NCBI GenBank assembly: GCA_036785375.1
Contig: JAWMAR010000034.1
Location: 4,650,001 to 4,714,000 of the forward strand
From: Leucoraja ocellata
Taxonomy: Eukaryota
Reading direction: 5' to 3'
DNA length: 64,000 nucleotides
Of this stretch, positions 45,501 through 60,500 are shown piece after piece (position 1 is the stretch's first letter; each line of letters starts with the position of its first letter). A program made the translations under genes and the position numbers. Below the pieces are notes generated by a model, which ran no database searches, was not told the origin of the DNA, and saw only the letters and a program-made list of their open reading frames with translations.

Positions 45501-48500
45501 TGGTTAGGCCATAACCAGCTTTAGCTTCAGAATTCTGTTGTTCTACTCAGCCGCAGGATGCCACAAACAACAAGGTTATGTATTGGTTGCTGTGAGTTCG
45601 TCCTGCTTGGGTGGAATAATTCCAATGCTGGTCTGATGGCATAATTGATTTCTGAATTATTTCATTGAAATTGCAATGTGACTGAGCAGGGATAAACCAA
45701 TTTGCCATTGTCTGGGGGTTAAAAGTGTTTCCTTTAAAGTAATTCTGTTGTTAAATGTGTGCACAGCTGGTGCCTGTGGAAGTCTGATAATTATACCGTA
45801 TTTACAGTGTCGCAGCTGGTAGAGCTGCTGCCTCACAACTTGTAGCCACTGCCTCACAGAGACCCGGGTTGGATTGTGACCTTGGATGCTGTCTGTATGG
45901 AGTTTGCATGTTCTCCGTGTTTGTGTGCATTTCCTCTGAGTGCTCCAGTTTCCTCCCACATCCCAAAGATGCTCAGATTCGTAGGTTAATTGGCTTCTGT
46001 AAATTGCCCCTGGTGTGTAAGGAGTGGATGTGAAAGTGGGATAACATAGACTGGTGTGAACGGGTGATCGATGGTCATTGTGGACTTGGTGCGTTGAAGG
46101 GCTTGTTTCCATGCTGTAATCTCAAAACCCAGTAAAAAGCAAACGTGCAATGAAGAGCCCTGAGCAGATTTTTTTTGTTGTTGTAACAAAACAATTATTA
46201 TTTATAGCTTGCAATTTTAATTGTAATTATTTTTGTGCTAAATTACCTTGTTGTATTTTATGTTCTAGGACCTGTTGAACTCGCTTCTTAAAGAGTGTTT
46301 GTGTCCACCGAGACCTGATGCTGTTTGCCTTTATCGATCCTGTAGCACCCACAACAACAAATGTGACATTTATAGGTCCGATCCTGATTTCAAGGTAGGA
46401 TTTTTTTAAATTTATATGCCGGTAAATGTCAGGGATAAGTTGATGTTCATTTGAATTGTCATAAAGTCAAAGTTGTGAAATGCCGTGTTAAATTATGGTG
46501 CTGTAGACCTTTTCCAGCTTTCTTCACTCAACCCCGTCCTCCCCAAGAATCAGACTGAAGAAAGGTCTCGAACTGAAACATCGCCTATCCATGTTCTCCA
46601 GAGATGCTGCCTGTCCCGCTGAATCACTCCAGAACTTTGTGTCCTTTTGTACAGTTGTAGGCTGATTAGCAACAAAATTCCATTTTAAAACCAGGCGCTT
46701 TGTGATGTCTTTCTTTTTTTTTTAAATGTTCATTAATACTGTTCAGCTTTATTGCAGTATTAAAATTGTTATTTAAAAAGGTAGCAGATGAGATGGAATC
46801 CAGTACTTTGTTTAAAGGTTTAAGTATACAGTACTTGTGATTTACAGTAGTTTCGTTTTTTAGCAATTCTCATTTAATTAGTTATCCCCACACACGAGGG
46901 ATACTGGGTGGCTGACTCCACTGCACAGAGTTATTAAAAGTTGTACTTTCTCTTTCTACAGGGCTTTGTCCGAGTTCATTGCAGCTATGATTGCCGTATC
47001 GAGTACCATTTATTCTGCTGGAAACGCTGCAAAATTAAAGAGTTCCAAGATAAAATTGAAAAAGTAAGTATTTATAGGAGTTATACAGCATGGACATAGG
47101 CTCTTTGGCCTAACATGTCCATGCTGAACAAAATGCTTTCCTTGTCTCTTGCAATGTTTCTCTGTTTGGAAGTAGTGCTTTAAAGGACTCAAATGATAAA
47201 TCATCTATTGGCTACAGTCAGATTAGATAATTTTTCTAACAAAGATATGAGACAGAAAACAATGCTTTGAAAGGCCAGAGAATCTGGGGGTATGACCAGA
47301 TTGCAGGTCTGTGCTGTTATCATAGATTAACGATAGTCTTATTTCCTGCTTGATGTCATGATAAAAGTAAATGTATTTAGTATCAAAGGTATCAAGGTAT
47401 CAAAGGTATTTTATTAGTCACATACACACTAGGTTTAGTGAAATGCTTATTGCCATTTTGCAGCACATAAAGAAAGAACAGACATAACATTAATAAGAGT
47501 TTTAGAACATAAAAAACATCCCCCCACAATGGTTCCCATTATGAGGGAAGGCACAAAGTCCAGTCCCCAACCCCAGTTCACCCATAGTCGGGCCTATTGA
47601 GGCCTCCACAGTTGCCTCTAGTGTACCTTTCACTTCTAAAACTGATTTTGCTTGAAATGTTGCAGGATATTCTGGGTTTGGACTGCCTTACACCTGACTG
47701 TATGGGATGTATCTGGAAGGTCGACATTTTTCAGGATTCACGGCAAAAGACGGTGAGTTTCCAAGCCCTCAGGTGTCATTTACATAGAACAACACGTGAA
47801 CAGGCCCTTTGGCCCACAATGTCTGTGTCAGGCATTATGCCAAGTTAACACAGAGAGTGGTAAATCTCTGGAATTCTCTGCCACAGAATGTAGTTGAGGC
47901 CAATTCATTGGCTATATTTAAGAGGGAGTTAGATGTGGCCTTTGGGGCTAAAGGGATCAGGGGGTATGGAGAGAAGGCAGATACAGGATACTGAGTCGGA
48001 TGATCAGCCATGATCATATTGAATGGCGGTGCAGGCTTGAAGGGCCGAATGGCCTACTCCTGCACCTATTTTTCTATGTTTCTAACTCTCAGCTGTGTCA
48101 TAAACAGCTAGTGATTAGCTTAACAGAAACTCTCAGCTGTTACTGTGAAAGGATTTGTAATTTATGATTCCATTAATGTAGCGGATTCCATTAGGATGTA
48201 ATCACATGGTGGGAAGTGTTTTTACTAGAGAAAAAAAATCATGTTACAAGAAAATTCCAAGAAAAAAATGATGTATGTTCATTAGAAATCAAACCTGCCT
48301 TCCTCACTTCATCTTGCCTTTACAGATCCCGCATTGTCTGGGTTTCATATTTCTTAACTACCCACTGAAGTCACTTAGCTGTTCACGTATTTTGAGGTCA
48401 ATTAGGGATGCTGATCTAGCCATTAATCACTACATATTAAAAAAAAGATCCTTGTAATACGCATGACATTTTAAAGGTAGCGATCATGTTATAAAATGAG

Positions 48501-51500
48501 ATTGCATTATACAATTTGTAAAGAGGAAGTACATTACTCCCTTTGTAGTAAATTCCTGAATTCAGCAACAAGTTTTCGGACTTAGAATGGTGACTTTATT
48601 ATGGAATAAGTTAGCAACTTATACACACTCTATATCTGTTTCAGATTGAAGGTTCCAAATCAAAAGAGAATAAAAGTGGCAGGAATACAGCAAACAAACA
48701 GACTGGTAACTTGTAAGTTCAATTATTAACTTTAATTTGAGTAATTTTATAAACATACAAATTCAGAGTACAATATTCAGAAATGATTGAAATTTGTAAA
48801 CAAATAGTGGACAGAAAAATCCGGGCAAGGCCCGCGGGTCCCTGCTGGGAAACCGCTTTTCGGGGCTTCCGCAACGGTAACTTCTCCCGCCCGAGTTGCG
48901 GGGTTGAGGATGACCTGGAGCAGGGCCTTACATCGCCCGGCGCGGCTTTAAATGGCCGCGGGACACTTACCATCGCCTGCCGGGGGCTCCAACACCAAGA
49001 CCCGGAGCGCGGCCTTGAATCACCCGGCGCGGCTTTAATGGCCGCGGGACACCTACCATCGCCTGCCGGGAGCTTTGACTTTGACATCGGGAGGAGAATG
49101 AGGAGTGCAGGGGAGAGATAAGACTTTGCCTTCCATCACAGTGAGGAGGAGATTCACTGTAATGGATGTTTGTGTAAATTGTGTTGTGTCTTGGTTCTTT
49201 TTCTTGTGTGTATGACTGCAGAAACCAAATTTTGTTTGAACCTCAATGAGGTTCAAATGACACAAATAAATTGTATTGTATTGGAACGCTATATTTGCGG
49301 GCTTGTTCCTCTGCCGCCACCTTGATGTTGTACAACTTTGCAGGTGCTGATCAACATGGCCCCAAACTTTAGGTTTTGGTTCTTGTTGGTACTGATTTAT
49401 TGTTGAAAATAGGAGGATTTTTTACCCCCTCAAACTGTTGTGAATGTTGTGTGAAGCGTACAGGAGTGGCATGGCTATGGGGATCTGGGTCCTGATGGTT
49501 TATATCACCACCCTAAATTGCTCGACCATCACAATCCAGCTTCTCCCTCTAATGTAGTACACACACATTTGTCATCTGTACTTTAGTCGCTTAGCTGGAT
49601 TAGTGCAATCTATTTCATAGATAGCATGGCCTCCATTTTGCAGAGAAATTATGGTGAAACTTTGGCTTACTGCAGTGAATAACTGCAACTTTCACATTTA
49701 TCTATGACTGAAAACGGAAACACAGAGGATGGGAATGGCCCATTTGTAGGTTTTTTGTCCAAATTATACTTTGACCCCAGGCACTTCACAGAATCTATTG
49801 AGAGTCCTATGTGGTAATTGCCCATCCACCTCACACCCACCCCGATATTACCTTCAAAGAACATATTGACAGGTCAGGGGAATATACACCAGCTCTCTGC
49901 ATTAGGGCTTAGATGGACCAGTTCTATTGCGTCTTTGTGGATTGGTTTCTCTGGACTCCATGTACCTGATACCAATACATTTTGGAGGCCACTGCAGATG
50001 CAAAGCCTTGGTGCAGCTGATGCAGTACGGGAACAGTGCAAGACCAGTCAATACTTCCAATGGAGGCCAGTGGTGAGCACTGGCAGCTTGCCTTTCACCA
50101 GGAATTCTGTTGGAGAAGGAGCCCTGAATTGGGCTTGGTATCATTTGCCTTGGTATCAAAGACTTATTCTGCAGGCAGGTCCAGAGAGTGGTTTTCAACG
50201 TCATTCATGAAAGTTTTAATGTGTCCCTATGCCTAAGTTCACCTGTGAGGAAGCACAGAATGAGAAAACCAAAATCATTGCAGCTACAAAGTAAAATTAC
50301 ATATTTATTGAATCGGGAATCTGTTCAATGGAAGAAAGTAACTGCATCATTTTAACCTCAATAAATAGTTTTTTTAAGCTTTTTTAAAATGTATGGTCAA
50401 TATTGGCTGTGTTTCTATGTTTAGATTAAACTTGAAGAAGACTGCCAGAAAAAAAGAAAAGAAGCATCAAAATCCAGGCAAACCGTCATCAAACATCCAC
50501 CTGGAACAAACTGGTGAGCAATTTAACAACAGTTACGTATGTCAACAATCATCTTGACTATTCATATGCAATATACCTTATTTATACCTCTTTGTTAACA
50601 TGTAGAACTTGATGGTTCTTAGCATGATGGTTATATGCTTTAGCCAGATTAGCATGTGAGTTGGGGGAAAAGATCAAGGGAGTGTGGAGTTGACTCTGCT
50701 TAGTTGGGATTTGAGAAGGCTGCATCTTTTGCATCTTGTTCGATGCGAATGAGCAGGAAATTGGCTGATTCCCACCGAACAGGTCTGTTCTGTCATTGAG
50801 TCAGGCCACTGGAGCACCGCAGCTGGTTTTGAGAATAAAACATTTTCTCTGTTGCTTTTTCAGTGGCCTTCAGTGGTCGCTTTAAGACGCAGCTTAAGCT
50901 GCAGCATCTGATAATGATGGGCTACATTACACTGTTTAAGTTTTTTTCGTTTTTGTCTTTATTAATGAAATTCTGGCGGGGGGGGGGGGGGGGGGGGGAG
51001 CGAGCTCTTCAGGACCCTTAATTGGAATGACCTTGATCACAAATCGGTTTTGTTTTGAGAATCTTGCGTCATTAAAATTGTTAAAAGTGTCAGCATTTTC
51101 AGCACAAATTTCTAAGTTTAAAATGAAGCAAGATCAAAGAGGAGTGATGTTGATTTGATCTTTAATACTGTGGCTCCAAGAACAAGGGCAAAGCCTGATA
51201 ACTTGTGATCTTCTTTTTCTTTTTAATATAGATGCCCCAAACAAAAAGCCTGATCAGAGTGAATTGAAGGTAAAGTGAATATCTTGTTCTAATTTAATTG
51301 TAAGAATATTGCATTAAAGCTGCATTTTTCTCCCCTTTTCCTTCACCTATTTCGGAGTAGAAGTTTAAACAGTTGCCGAAATTAGAAACAACACTCTAAC
51401 AATGTTTAATGTTTTGGGAGTATTATGCATCAGTATAAAATGTATTTGTTAGCATAAAGCTTAAATTAGCAACAGTACATATCTCTTTTCCATCCATTTA

Positions 51501-54500
51501 GTGGCATATCCCTTGCTAATAAGAGCCATGGTTCACTGCCAGATAGTTTTAATTTCTGGAAGAAAAATAAAGATCAGTGTAGTGCAAACCTCAAAATTCA
51601 TGTTGAGATGTAGTGAACCTATAGATGTTGGCTGCAGTTGAGGGTAAAGTAAGTACTGTGGAAACAGTATTATAATGAAGATGTGGTTATTGTGTGAAAA
51701 CGGGATTGTATCAGTTGATTGAAGTGCAATTATAAAACACACGGAGGGAAGGTGAATGTTATTTTTCTCCCTTGCAGAATGTTGGTCCTTCCACAAGCAT
51801 CAGAGAAAGGGCTGTTCATAATGATAAAAGCCATTGTTACATTTGAGGTTCTAATTTTTAAGCATTAGATTGGTAATTTAAAGCACTGAATATAAATGTG
51901 TTATAAATATGTAAGGCTTCTGTTCTGGCTCTCCACATTCTAAAAATGGAAATAACACTTGCAATTATTCACACTTTTACTCTACAACTAGGGTTCTTGC
52001 TGGCATAATTTTCATGTTCTTAGATGAAGTCTGTCAATGTCTTGTTCAATCATTAATATTCTTTAGTAAAACACACAGTGCTGAAGTAACTCAGTGGGTC
52101 AGATTGCATCTCTGGAGGAAATGGGCAGGTGACGTTTTGGGTCTTGACCCTTCTCTACTAATATTCTTTATCTGAATATACTTTGTTTTTGTGAATTTCA
52201 AACAGGATGAAACACTTGGAGCCAGAAAGAAGGAAGTCAAAAACAAGGTAGTTTAAGTTTTCCTTAATGTTTGACTAATCAGATCCTTCAATTTAAACAT
52301 TAATTTAATTATAAAATACATTGATCAATTTCCTCATAGTATAATTATTGTTCAGTTGAATTGTGAATAACCGCATAAACAACCATATCAATATATCAAT
52401 ACATCTGGTTCATTCATATCCATCAAGGAAGACCGTCTGTCATTTTTTATGTGGCCTTGCCAATTGTGTGACCGCAGACCATCAAGGTTTTCTCTCGAGT
52501 GCCTTCTGAGCTGTAACCACCACAAACAAAAGAACGAAACTGGCCAGAATATTTGCACCAAACCCGGACACAACAGTCATTCCACATCCACTTAATCGTG
52601 CAAAGTCCATATAAGCATCTGGAGCCCAAATCGGAAGACCTCTACCTCAGAACCGTCGAAGAGCAATCTAGCATTACCATTGTCACAAAGTCATAACCTG
52701 TAGGCAGTGTGTCGGACTAATCCATTACAATCCCTGGAAAGTCTTGGCCCACTGGCAGGACAGACTCAGATGGGTCGATGGCATTGTGGTATGCAAATGG
52801 AAGGGAGTATCTCTTAAACTGTGGCTCCATATCCGATGAGCTCATGTGACATTGTCAAATGTGGTAAAGATTCCTCCCCCTAATTGCTACCCAACAGCCT
52901 GCCTCGCCTCATGAACTAGTAGTTCTTCTTGCCGGAAAATACATTGAAGAAGGAAGACTGAAGGTAGCAAGGATCTACTTTAGGTGTGATCTTCAGAGTC
53001 CATGTCCAAGAATAGATTGTTGGTCCTTGGCTGCCTATTTGAGACAAGCCACCGATAGATCCCTTCAATTGTGGGGAAGTCAGTACCCTTGATGGATTGG
53101 GCAGTGTTATCACTTTTTGTAATTTCCTTCATTCATAGGCGTTTGACTACCCTTCCATCATAAGATCATGTGAAGATGTTCAATTCCTTTCACAACTCCT
53201 CAAATTAAGTAGTTTCAAACTGCATGCAACAAGATCTTGACAACGTTTGGAAATTGGGCATTAGGTGACAAGTAACATTCACGCCTAACACAGGCGTGCT
53301 AGACGGTGACCATTACTAATTGAGTCTCAACACCTATCCTTGGCATTGTGGAAAGGGTAGAAATTATTAGTGGCTATCTCGCCAACAGTCTGTCTCGTCC
53401 TTTTCCTTCTTTGTTGTTTTATAGTACGTGTTAAATGTATGTTTTAGTGTTCTTTAGCTTGTTTTATGTGGGGGGGTGGGAGGGGTTGGGGGAAACTTTT
53501 GTTAATCTCTTACCTCGATGGAGACGCGACTTGTTCCGTATCGTATCTCCTTCCGCACTGCGGCTTAACATCGTGCAGTTGGAGGCCTCTTGCTGGGGAC
53601 TGACTTTGGGAGCTCCAACAGCGGGAGCCTGCAGACTTAACATCGTGGAGCTGGCGATCCCTGTCGGGGATCGACCTCGGAAGGTCCAACCGCGGGAGCC
53701 TGCGGTCTTCAACATCGTGGAGCTCACGGTCCCTTGGTTAGGGACTGATTTTGGGAGCTCCGGGCTGTGGGAGCTTCGACCACCCCGACTACGGATGATT
53801 CGACTGCCCCGACCGCGGGAGAATAAAGAGGGAAGAAGATTAGACTTTATTGCCTTCCATCACAGTGAGGGATGTGGAATCCGCTGTGGTGGATATTTAT
53901 GCTAACTTTCATGTAGTTGTGCGTCTTGTTCCTTTTTTTAGCATTCGTATAGCTTAATTGGTATACGTGACAATAAAATACCTTTGAACCTTTGATTATT
54001 AAAGACTTGGGTGCGGTTATCTCAAATATTTGGAATAAAGCTGCAAAGAGCAATATAGCATAGAACAGGACCTGGCTTCTGACCAATTTAAACTGCATCT
54101 GCCTACACTTGGTCTAAATCCCTCCATTACCTGTCTCTTCATGTGCCCGTATATATTCCCCTTGGACATTGCTATCGTATTGTTTTCACTATTTCCCAGC
54201 CATTGCATTTCAGGCACCTTCTGCTGTCTGTGTAAAAATAATAATTGTCTTGCAAATCTTTCTGCAGAAAAGCTCTTCAGTATCTTAATTATTACATGAT
54301 ATATCTGTTAATTAAAACATTCAAATTTTTATTTGTCTTTTTCCCCACTTTCAGAAAAATGTAGGTCCTCCAAATGAGTGCATAAAAAATGATAAAAGCG
54401 GGTAAGAATTTAAAGTTTGTTAATGATGAATAGCTGAACTGAGATAATCTAACTTGCTGCGTATTTCTCCTGCCCACCTACACGTACCTGGTATGGTTGA

Positions 54501-57500
54501 TGGCAGCTTGTGCTTGGCTGGTGTCCCTGCAACTGACCAGAAGCACATCGTGCATTTATGAGTTTAATTGGGACTGTTGGCCATCTCTAGCTGCCCTGTT
54601 ACATTGCAGATAGTTCTGCTGGAATGTGTTTCCTTACCAGAAATTGGATGTAACACAATAGATGAATTATGCTTGTTATAATGCAGCTTTAATTGGGAAC
54701 TGGAGAACTACGTGAAAGCTATAAACGGGAAAGAAAAAGCTGTCCTGAAGTAAAAGTATAAGGGGGGGGGGGGGGGGAATAAATTCCTGGTAACCTTCCA
54801 GTAGCAATCTGGCAGAACAAGAAATGGTCATAGAAATTGACAAGCATTGACACATGCAATGACACCCTATTACATTATGTAACATGCAGCCTTTAGAAGT
54901 TTTAGTTTGGTGTAACAAAAAAAATATAGCTTCTACAAATATTGTTCTTTTTTGAAAATCTTGCAGGGAAAGAACCCAATTTTCCCCATTGACACAATAC
55001 AATTCTGTTAGAAACGCAACAATGGCATTAGAGAAGAAAATATTGCCACATTTTACTTTCAGCTCTCATTCTTTTATTTATATGGTTAGGTTGTATATGT
55101 ATTCCAAAGCCAATTCACAAATGTGAGAATAGTATAGTTGACATTGGCAATTTCAAGTCGGCAGGCAGTTTCTAGATTCAAGAGTGAGCTTTTACTTGGT
55201 ATCCAGCATCATTCTACATATAGTCTAGAATAAACTATGGTAATATTTAATGGGAACTGACTGCGGAGGTAACAGCAGTTGTTATTTTCAATAGTAATAC
55301 TTGTATGAAATATATTTGTCTGAAATGGATATATTTTAATTTGTTGGTTGAAGGGTGAGTTCTCAATTCTTTGTTAGGTTATCTGCACTTTGGATTATTC
55401 ATTGAAGTTATGGTTGTCTACAGTCAGAGATAAACAACAATAAAATATATTTTTCAGGTATTTGGAGGAGGCACCAGCGAAAGTGCATGAAAACAGTTAC
55501 CTGGATGCTAAGATGACAGAATATTGTCAATGGCTAACAAAAGAGGAAAAGATTGAAGACTTGGATGCCAACATATATGTCGATGATGTTCTTCAGGATA
55601 AACTCTCCTCAATTAATGTGAGTTCAAGTCACAATAGAAAGATTAAATGCAAACCTAAACAAAGTGGAATATGTCAGAAAAACTAGGAACATCTTGTGTT
55701 GTTTGCTGAGCCTGATACATCACAGTCCGCTGTAACCTCACTGCATTCTCCATTTGCAAAATATGCAAGGAATAATTTAAATGGATTGGCACAAAATAGT
55801 TCATCACCAAATTCCTCAGTAACAAAAATATATTGAGGTCCAATTAATTTTCAGATATGAAAGGAAGCAAGATGGCTCTGATCCAAATGTGAAAGTCAGC
55901 AGAGCTGTACAATGAGCAGTGCTGACAATGAGGAAATGAATTATGTCCCATATAATTCACTTGCTGCTATTTTTTTTGTTAATTTGTTACGTTGGCCATT
56001 TACCCCTCAAGCAGGTTTGCCATTCACTGTGGTAATTTTGTGATCTAACTCCATGCATCTTTTTTTTCTCTTCCTTGTCCTTTCACTGGCACAGGAGTAT
56101 TCTTCTTTCTTTTGTGTGGCGTGCACAGCCTAAAGTTGTTGGACAACTTGTTCTATTTGATCTTCAGTTTGTGCATGTCGAGTTGATTGCATTAGTCGAA
56201 ACAGGGCGGACCACGTGGAGGTTTCAATCTTCCACCCCTCCTTGTCCCTGAATACATTGTTTAAAAATTCATCCATGTCAGCTGCAACATTAACAATGAA
56301 CCCAGCATCATTATTTATTTAGAGAAGAAAGCTTCAAATATTGACCACATCTGCATGTTTAGGCCTGATGTGACTCTTAGATTCTACTACTTGGTCCTCT
56401 CCAGCTATAAGTAATGTTAAAGTTACCTGTCTTTGTGTGAAATTGTGAAGTGTTATAATAATGATCTTGTTGGATACTATATATATGTTGTATTAGTTTT
56501 TTAAATATGTTGATCAGAGGGTCAAAAAACAAGGATCATTGCTGATGATTGTTCTGCATCGTCGTTCCTATTTAGCTCCTGTGTGATTGTTTGCAGCTTT
56601 ACTATGTTGTGCCAAAACTAAACCATAAATGAGTGCTGAAAACATCAAATTTCCTATACTGCTGCTCATTGAGTGATTTATTTTAGTCTGAAGGGCAAAA
56701 AGATGAGTTTGATGTTTCCTTCTTGAAAACAATGACTGAATCTGCTGTTTTGGGCCGTGTCATTTGGTTCAGGAATAGCTTCTCCCTAATTACAGCAGCC
56801 ATCTGAATTGAATTTAAGTATGATATCCACTTGAGGATGTGAGACCTTCCTGGCTTAATCATTCATTATACATGGATTTTTATTGACTTTTAAGATGTTC
56901 TCATTTGGCTGATGAAACATTGAGCAGAAATGCCCACAACACTTTACATTGCACACAATTTTACACTGTTGAATGGTGATTTGAATTCTGCAATGGCTAA
57001 AGTGCTGTGAAACAATACGAAGCAACAGAGCTTTGTACATCCTCCTCCATGTAACGTTCCCAGAGCTGTGAAATCATTTATTTTAATGTAGAGGAGAAAA
57101 TACCATGTTCATAAGCAAAAAAGGCAGACTTAAAGTTATGCAGCGCCTCAAGTCAATAATTAATAAAATTTTAGCCAATCACATGCCCAATTGAACATTT
57201 CCCATGCGATCCGTGTATTCTCTTGATGTTCAAAAATTGTTTTTGCACAGTAAAAAGTAATTTTGGTGCGAAGTTGATAAGTTCATAGTTAAAATACGCA
57301 CATTCAATTATTGTTTGGGAAACTACCAAATTCAAAGAAATCCCCATGTATTTTCAATATTTCTGTGCTATTTGCCTCTAGCATTACATTGCAGTTCGTA
57401 TGCTGTCTGTATCCATTTCTGTGTGATTTGCAGATGATATATTGATTCCTTTTCTCTATTCCTTTCATAGAACGTAAAGACTTGCGATGCAGCAGTACTT

Positions 57501-60500
57501 ACTGATCCAATAAAACCCTTTGAAAGCAAAGAGGTAAAATTAGAAACTTTAGGTACATCTTTTATTAAAGATTCTGCATGTTACCAGGATTCCTTTCATG
57601 CCAAACACTATTCCTTTTTTTTTATGGAATCTAGTCTAGAATTGTGACAGTGTTAATGTGTTAACCTTTATATATTCTGTAAATGAAATGAAGAAAATAT
57701 GCAGAAGCTGTAAATCCAAAGTAAAATTAGAAAATTGTGTTTTTTTGACTTCTGAATGAAACACAAACTCTGTTAATCTGTCCGTCGATAAGTACTTGGA
57801 GCATTTTCAGTTTTTATTTTGGTTTACTCTCAAAGACACATTCTCTGTATAATTTTATTCTTTTAGGATGGTACAAAAGGAAAATAATGTTTTATGAAAA
57901 TCTGGGTTGGTTCCAAATGGAAAGGACTTCCAGAAAACCAACAAAAATGATTGGCCAGAGAGTATTAATACATTTCTAAGGTTTTGTCATTGTTTTCCAA
58001 ATGTTTGTAATCTTTGTGATCAAGTCATAATCCTCGTGATAAAGTATTGAATAATGCACCTGTAATATCTTTCTATTTGCATAATTGCATAATTATGTGG
58101 TGAGCATCTGAACAAAATGCTAATTATATTAATTGTACATTTTGGTGATGTTTAATTTGCAGAGAACCTTCATGATACTATACCATGAAACGGCTCAACT
58201 TTTGAAGAGCTTTGAGAAATCACAACATTCGTATGATCAACTTTGTTCTGGTACTCAGGACGAAATCAAAACGTTCAAAGAAAAGCACGAGCAGCTTTTG
58301 TTCAACGAGAAGGTAGTGATATTGTTATTTTAAATCTTGGTAAATAACTGGTAGGTGAGTCAAGGCTTGGTAGGTGATGGGTAGAACCAGGTGAAGTAGG
58401 GGAGGGTGGGCAGATGGAGTCAAGTTGGTGGCTGGTAGAGAGGGGGTCGTGGAAACAGACACAGACAGAGGCTGGAAGGTGATGTGGATCCAGATAAAGG
58501 AAGAGTGTTTGGCAGGGGGATCAGATGGCAGATGGTAAGGTATCTAGGGTAGGGGAGGAAAATGGTGAAGAAAGGGAGAGAGAACCTAGGAGCAGGAAGG
58601 GATGCCCATTGCTGCTCCTCCCAATCCAACATGGTTCACTTTCCTTTTGCGCACATTTTCCATTTCACCCCAACCCTAGGTACCCTCCACAATCTGGTTC
58701 CATCTCTCCATCATTTGGTCTATCCGTCTTACCCCGTCCCTTCTCCAGACACAAAACGTCACCTATTCCTTTTCTCCAGAGATGATGTCTGACCCGCTGA
58801 GTTACTCTAGCTTTTTGTGTCTTATCTTCGGTTTAAACCAGCATCTGCAGGTCCTTCCTACACATTACCCCCTTCCTCATCTGGTTTGACTTATCCCTTC
58901 ATCCTCTGGCTGTATCTTCCCACTCTCCTCTCCCCACATGACTCCATCTGCCTATTTATGTTTTTTCTCTCCTTTACTATTTTCATTTATCTCATACCTG
59001 CCTGACTAAACATCCACCTGGCTCGATCCATTCATCATCCCTTACCTTGTTCCACCTGTCACCTACCAGCCCCTGCCTCAAGTGTGGTCAAGAGTGTTTT
59101 ATTGTCATATCTACTGAAATAGCACAATGAAATTCTTACCACAAGTGCCTCGTACTTCTGTACTTCCCTCTTCACTCTCTGTCACGATGCAGGGTCTCGA
59201 CCCAAAACTTCAACCACTCCTTTGCCTCCACAGTAGCTGCCTGACCTACTAGATTCCTCCAGCCGTTTGTTTTGCCCCAGATTCCAGTTTCTTCAGTCCC
59301 TTGTATCTCCCTCTTAGGTCTAATGAAGGGTCCATGATCTGAAATGTTAACTGTTTCAGCAGATGCTTCCTGACCTGGTTTTTCACTGTACTTTCTGTTA
59401 CTATTTTCAATTTCTGGCATTTGCAGTTTTTAAATTCTAATTGACTGCAAGATTTTGTAATGTGGAAGGAAACTGAGCACCTAGGCGGACACCAAGGTGA
59501 AGCCTATGCTTCACCTTGAAGTCCTCAGGAACAATCTCTAACCTAATGTTAATGGTTTGGAGAATGAATGTTTGGCATTGTTTTTAGATGCTAGATACTA
59601 AATACATCTTTTCTTGTTTCTTGCATTCTACATTTTTATAATAGAAACTGAGGGATGAGCTTTCAACAGTAAAGACACAGCTAGCCTCTGCAAAAGAGAA
59701 ACTACATGACAAGAGAGAAATTCAATCGCAAGAACTTGTTGTGCTACAAGAAGAACTTAAACCATTGAAGAATAATTTAGAAAGGTATGATTCCAATGCT
59801 CCTTTCTCCAAATTGCAAATTGGACAATAAATGTTCTTGCCATCATGGCAATTATGTTACACTTAAATTATTAAAAGGTTAGGCTGCAATTTAAGATTGC
59901 TTGTTCAGATGAGCTCCAGTATATAGCAGTGATTAACCTTGGCCTTGTTAGTCCTCCCAAATGTATCACCTCTAACTTTTCCGGATCAAATTCCATTTTA
60001 CTAACTCACCAATGTCGTTCTGTAGCCCGTCTATCTTCCTTATTCACAACACCACCAATTTTCCTATTTGCAAACTTGTGAATCATACCTCCAATATCAA
60101 GAAGTGTCTCGATCCGAAACATCCCCAATCCATGTTCTCCAGAAATGCTCAGTTACTCCACCACTTTGTGTCCGTTTGTTCAAGCCAGTGTGGCAATGCA
60201 AGACGCCAAGGCACACCAAGGAAAACACACATGCTGCAGACCCCACAACACATGGGACTGAGCTCCTTGACCATGTTTTTAATTTAATGCACCTTGCAAT
60301 CTATTCTAATGTAATTTGATTTAATATTCTTTAATATTTAATATATTCTAATGTAATTTGATTAAAGCAAAATGAAGAATATTTAGAAATTTTAAATGTG
60401 AATTTTCTTTTCAGAAATAAGAAAATTCTACCTGAAATTGATGTCGAAATTCAAAAAATAAGAGGAAGAAGGTATTCTTGCTGCACAATAATTGTTTTAA

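Noticed and set aside
50425-50513. Alternative reading frame [16 protein letters not shown] for this exon
   Set aside because: It would create TGA at the junction with exon 51232; the other frame is phase-consistent on both sides.
57867-57980. Possible extra or poison exon after a good acceptor
   Set aside because: Stops in all frames and a weak donor. Flanking exons 57471-57533 and 58163-58312 join in phase and match TTC3 without it.
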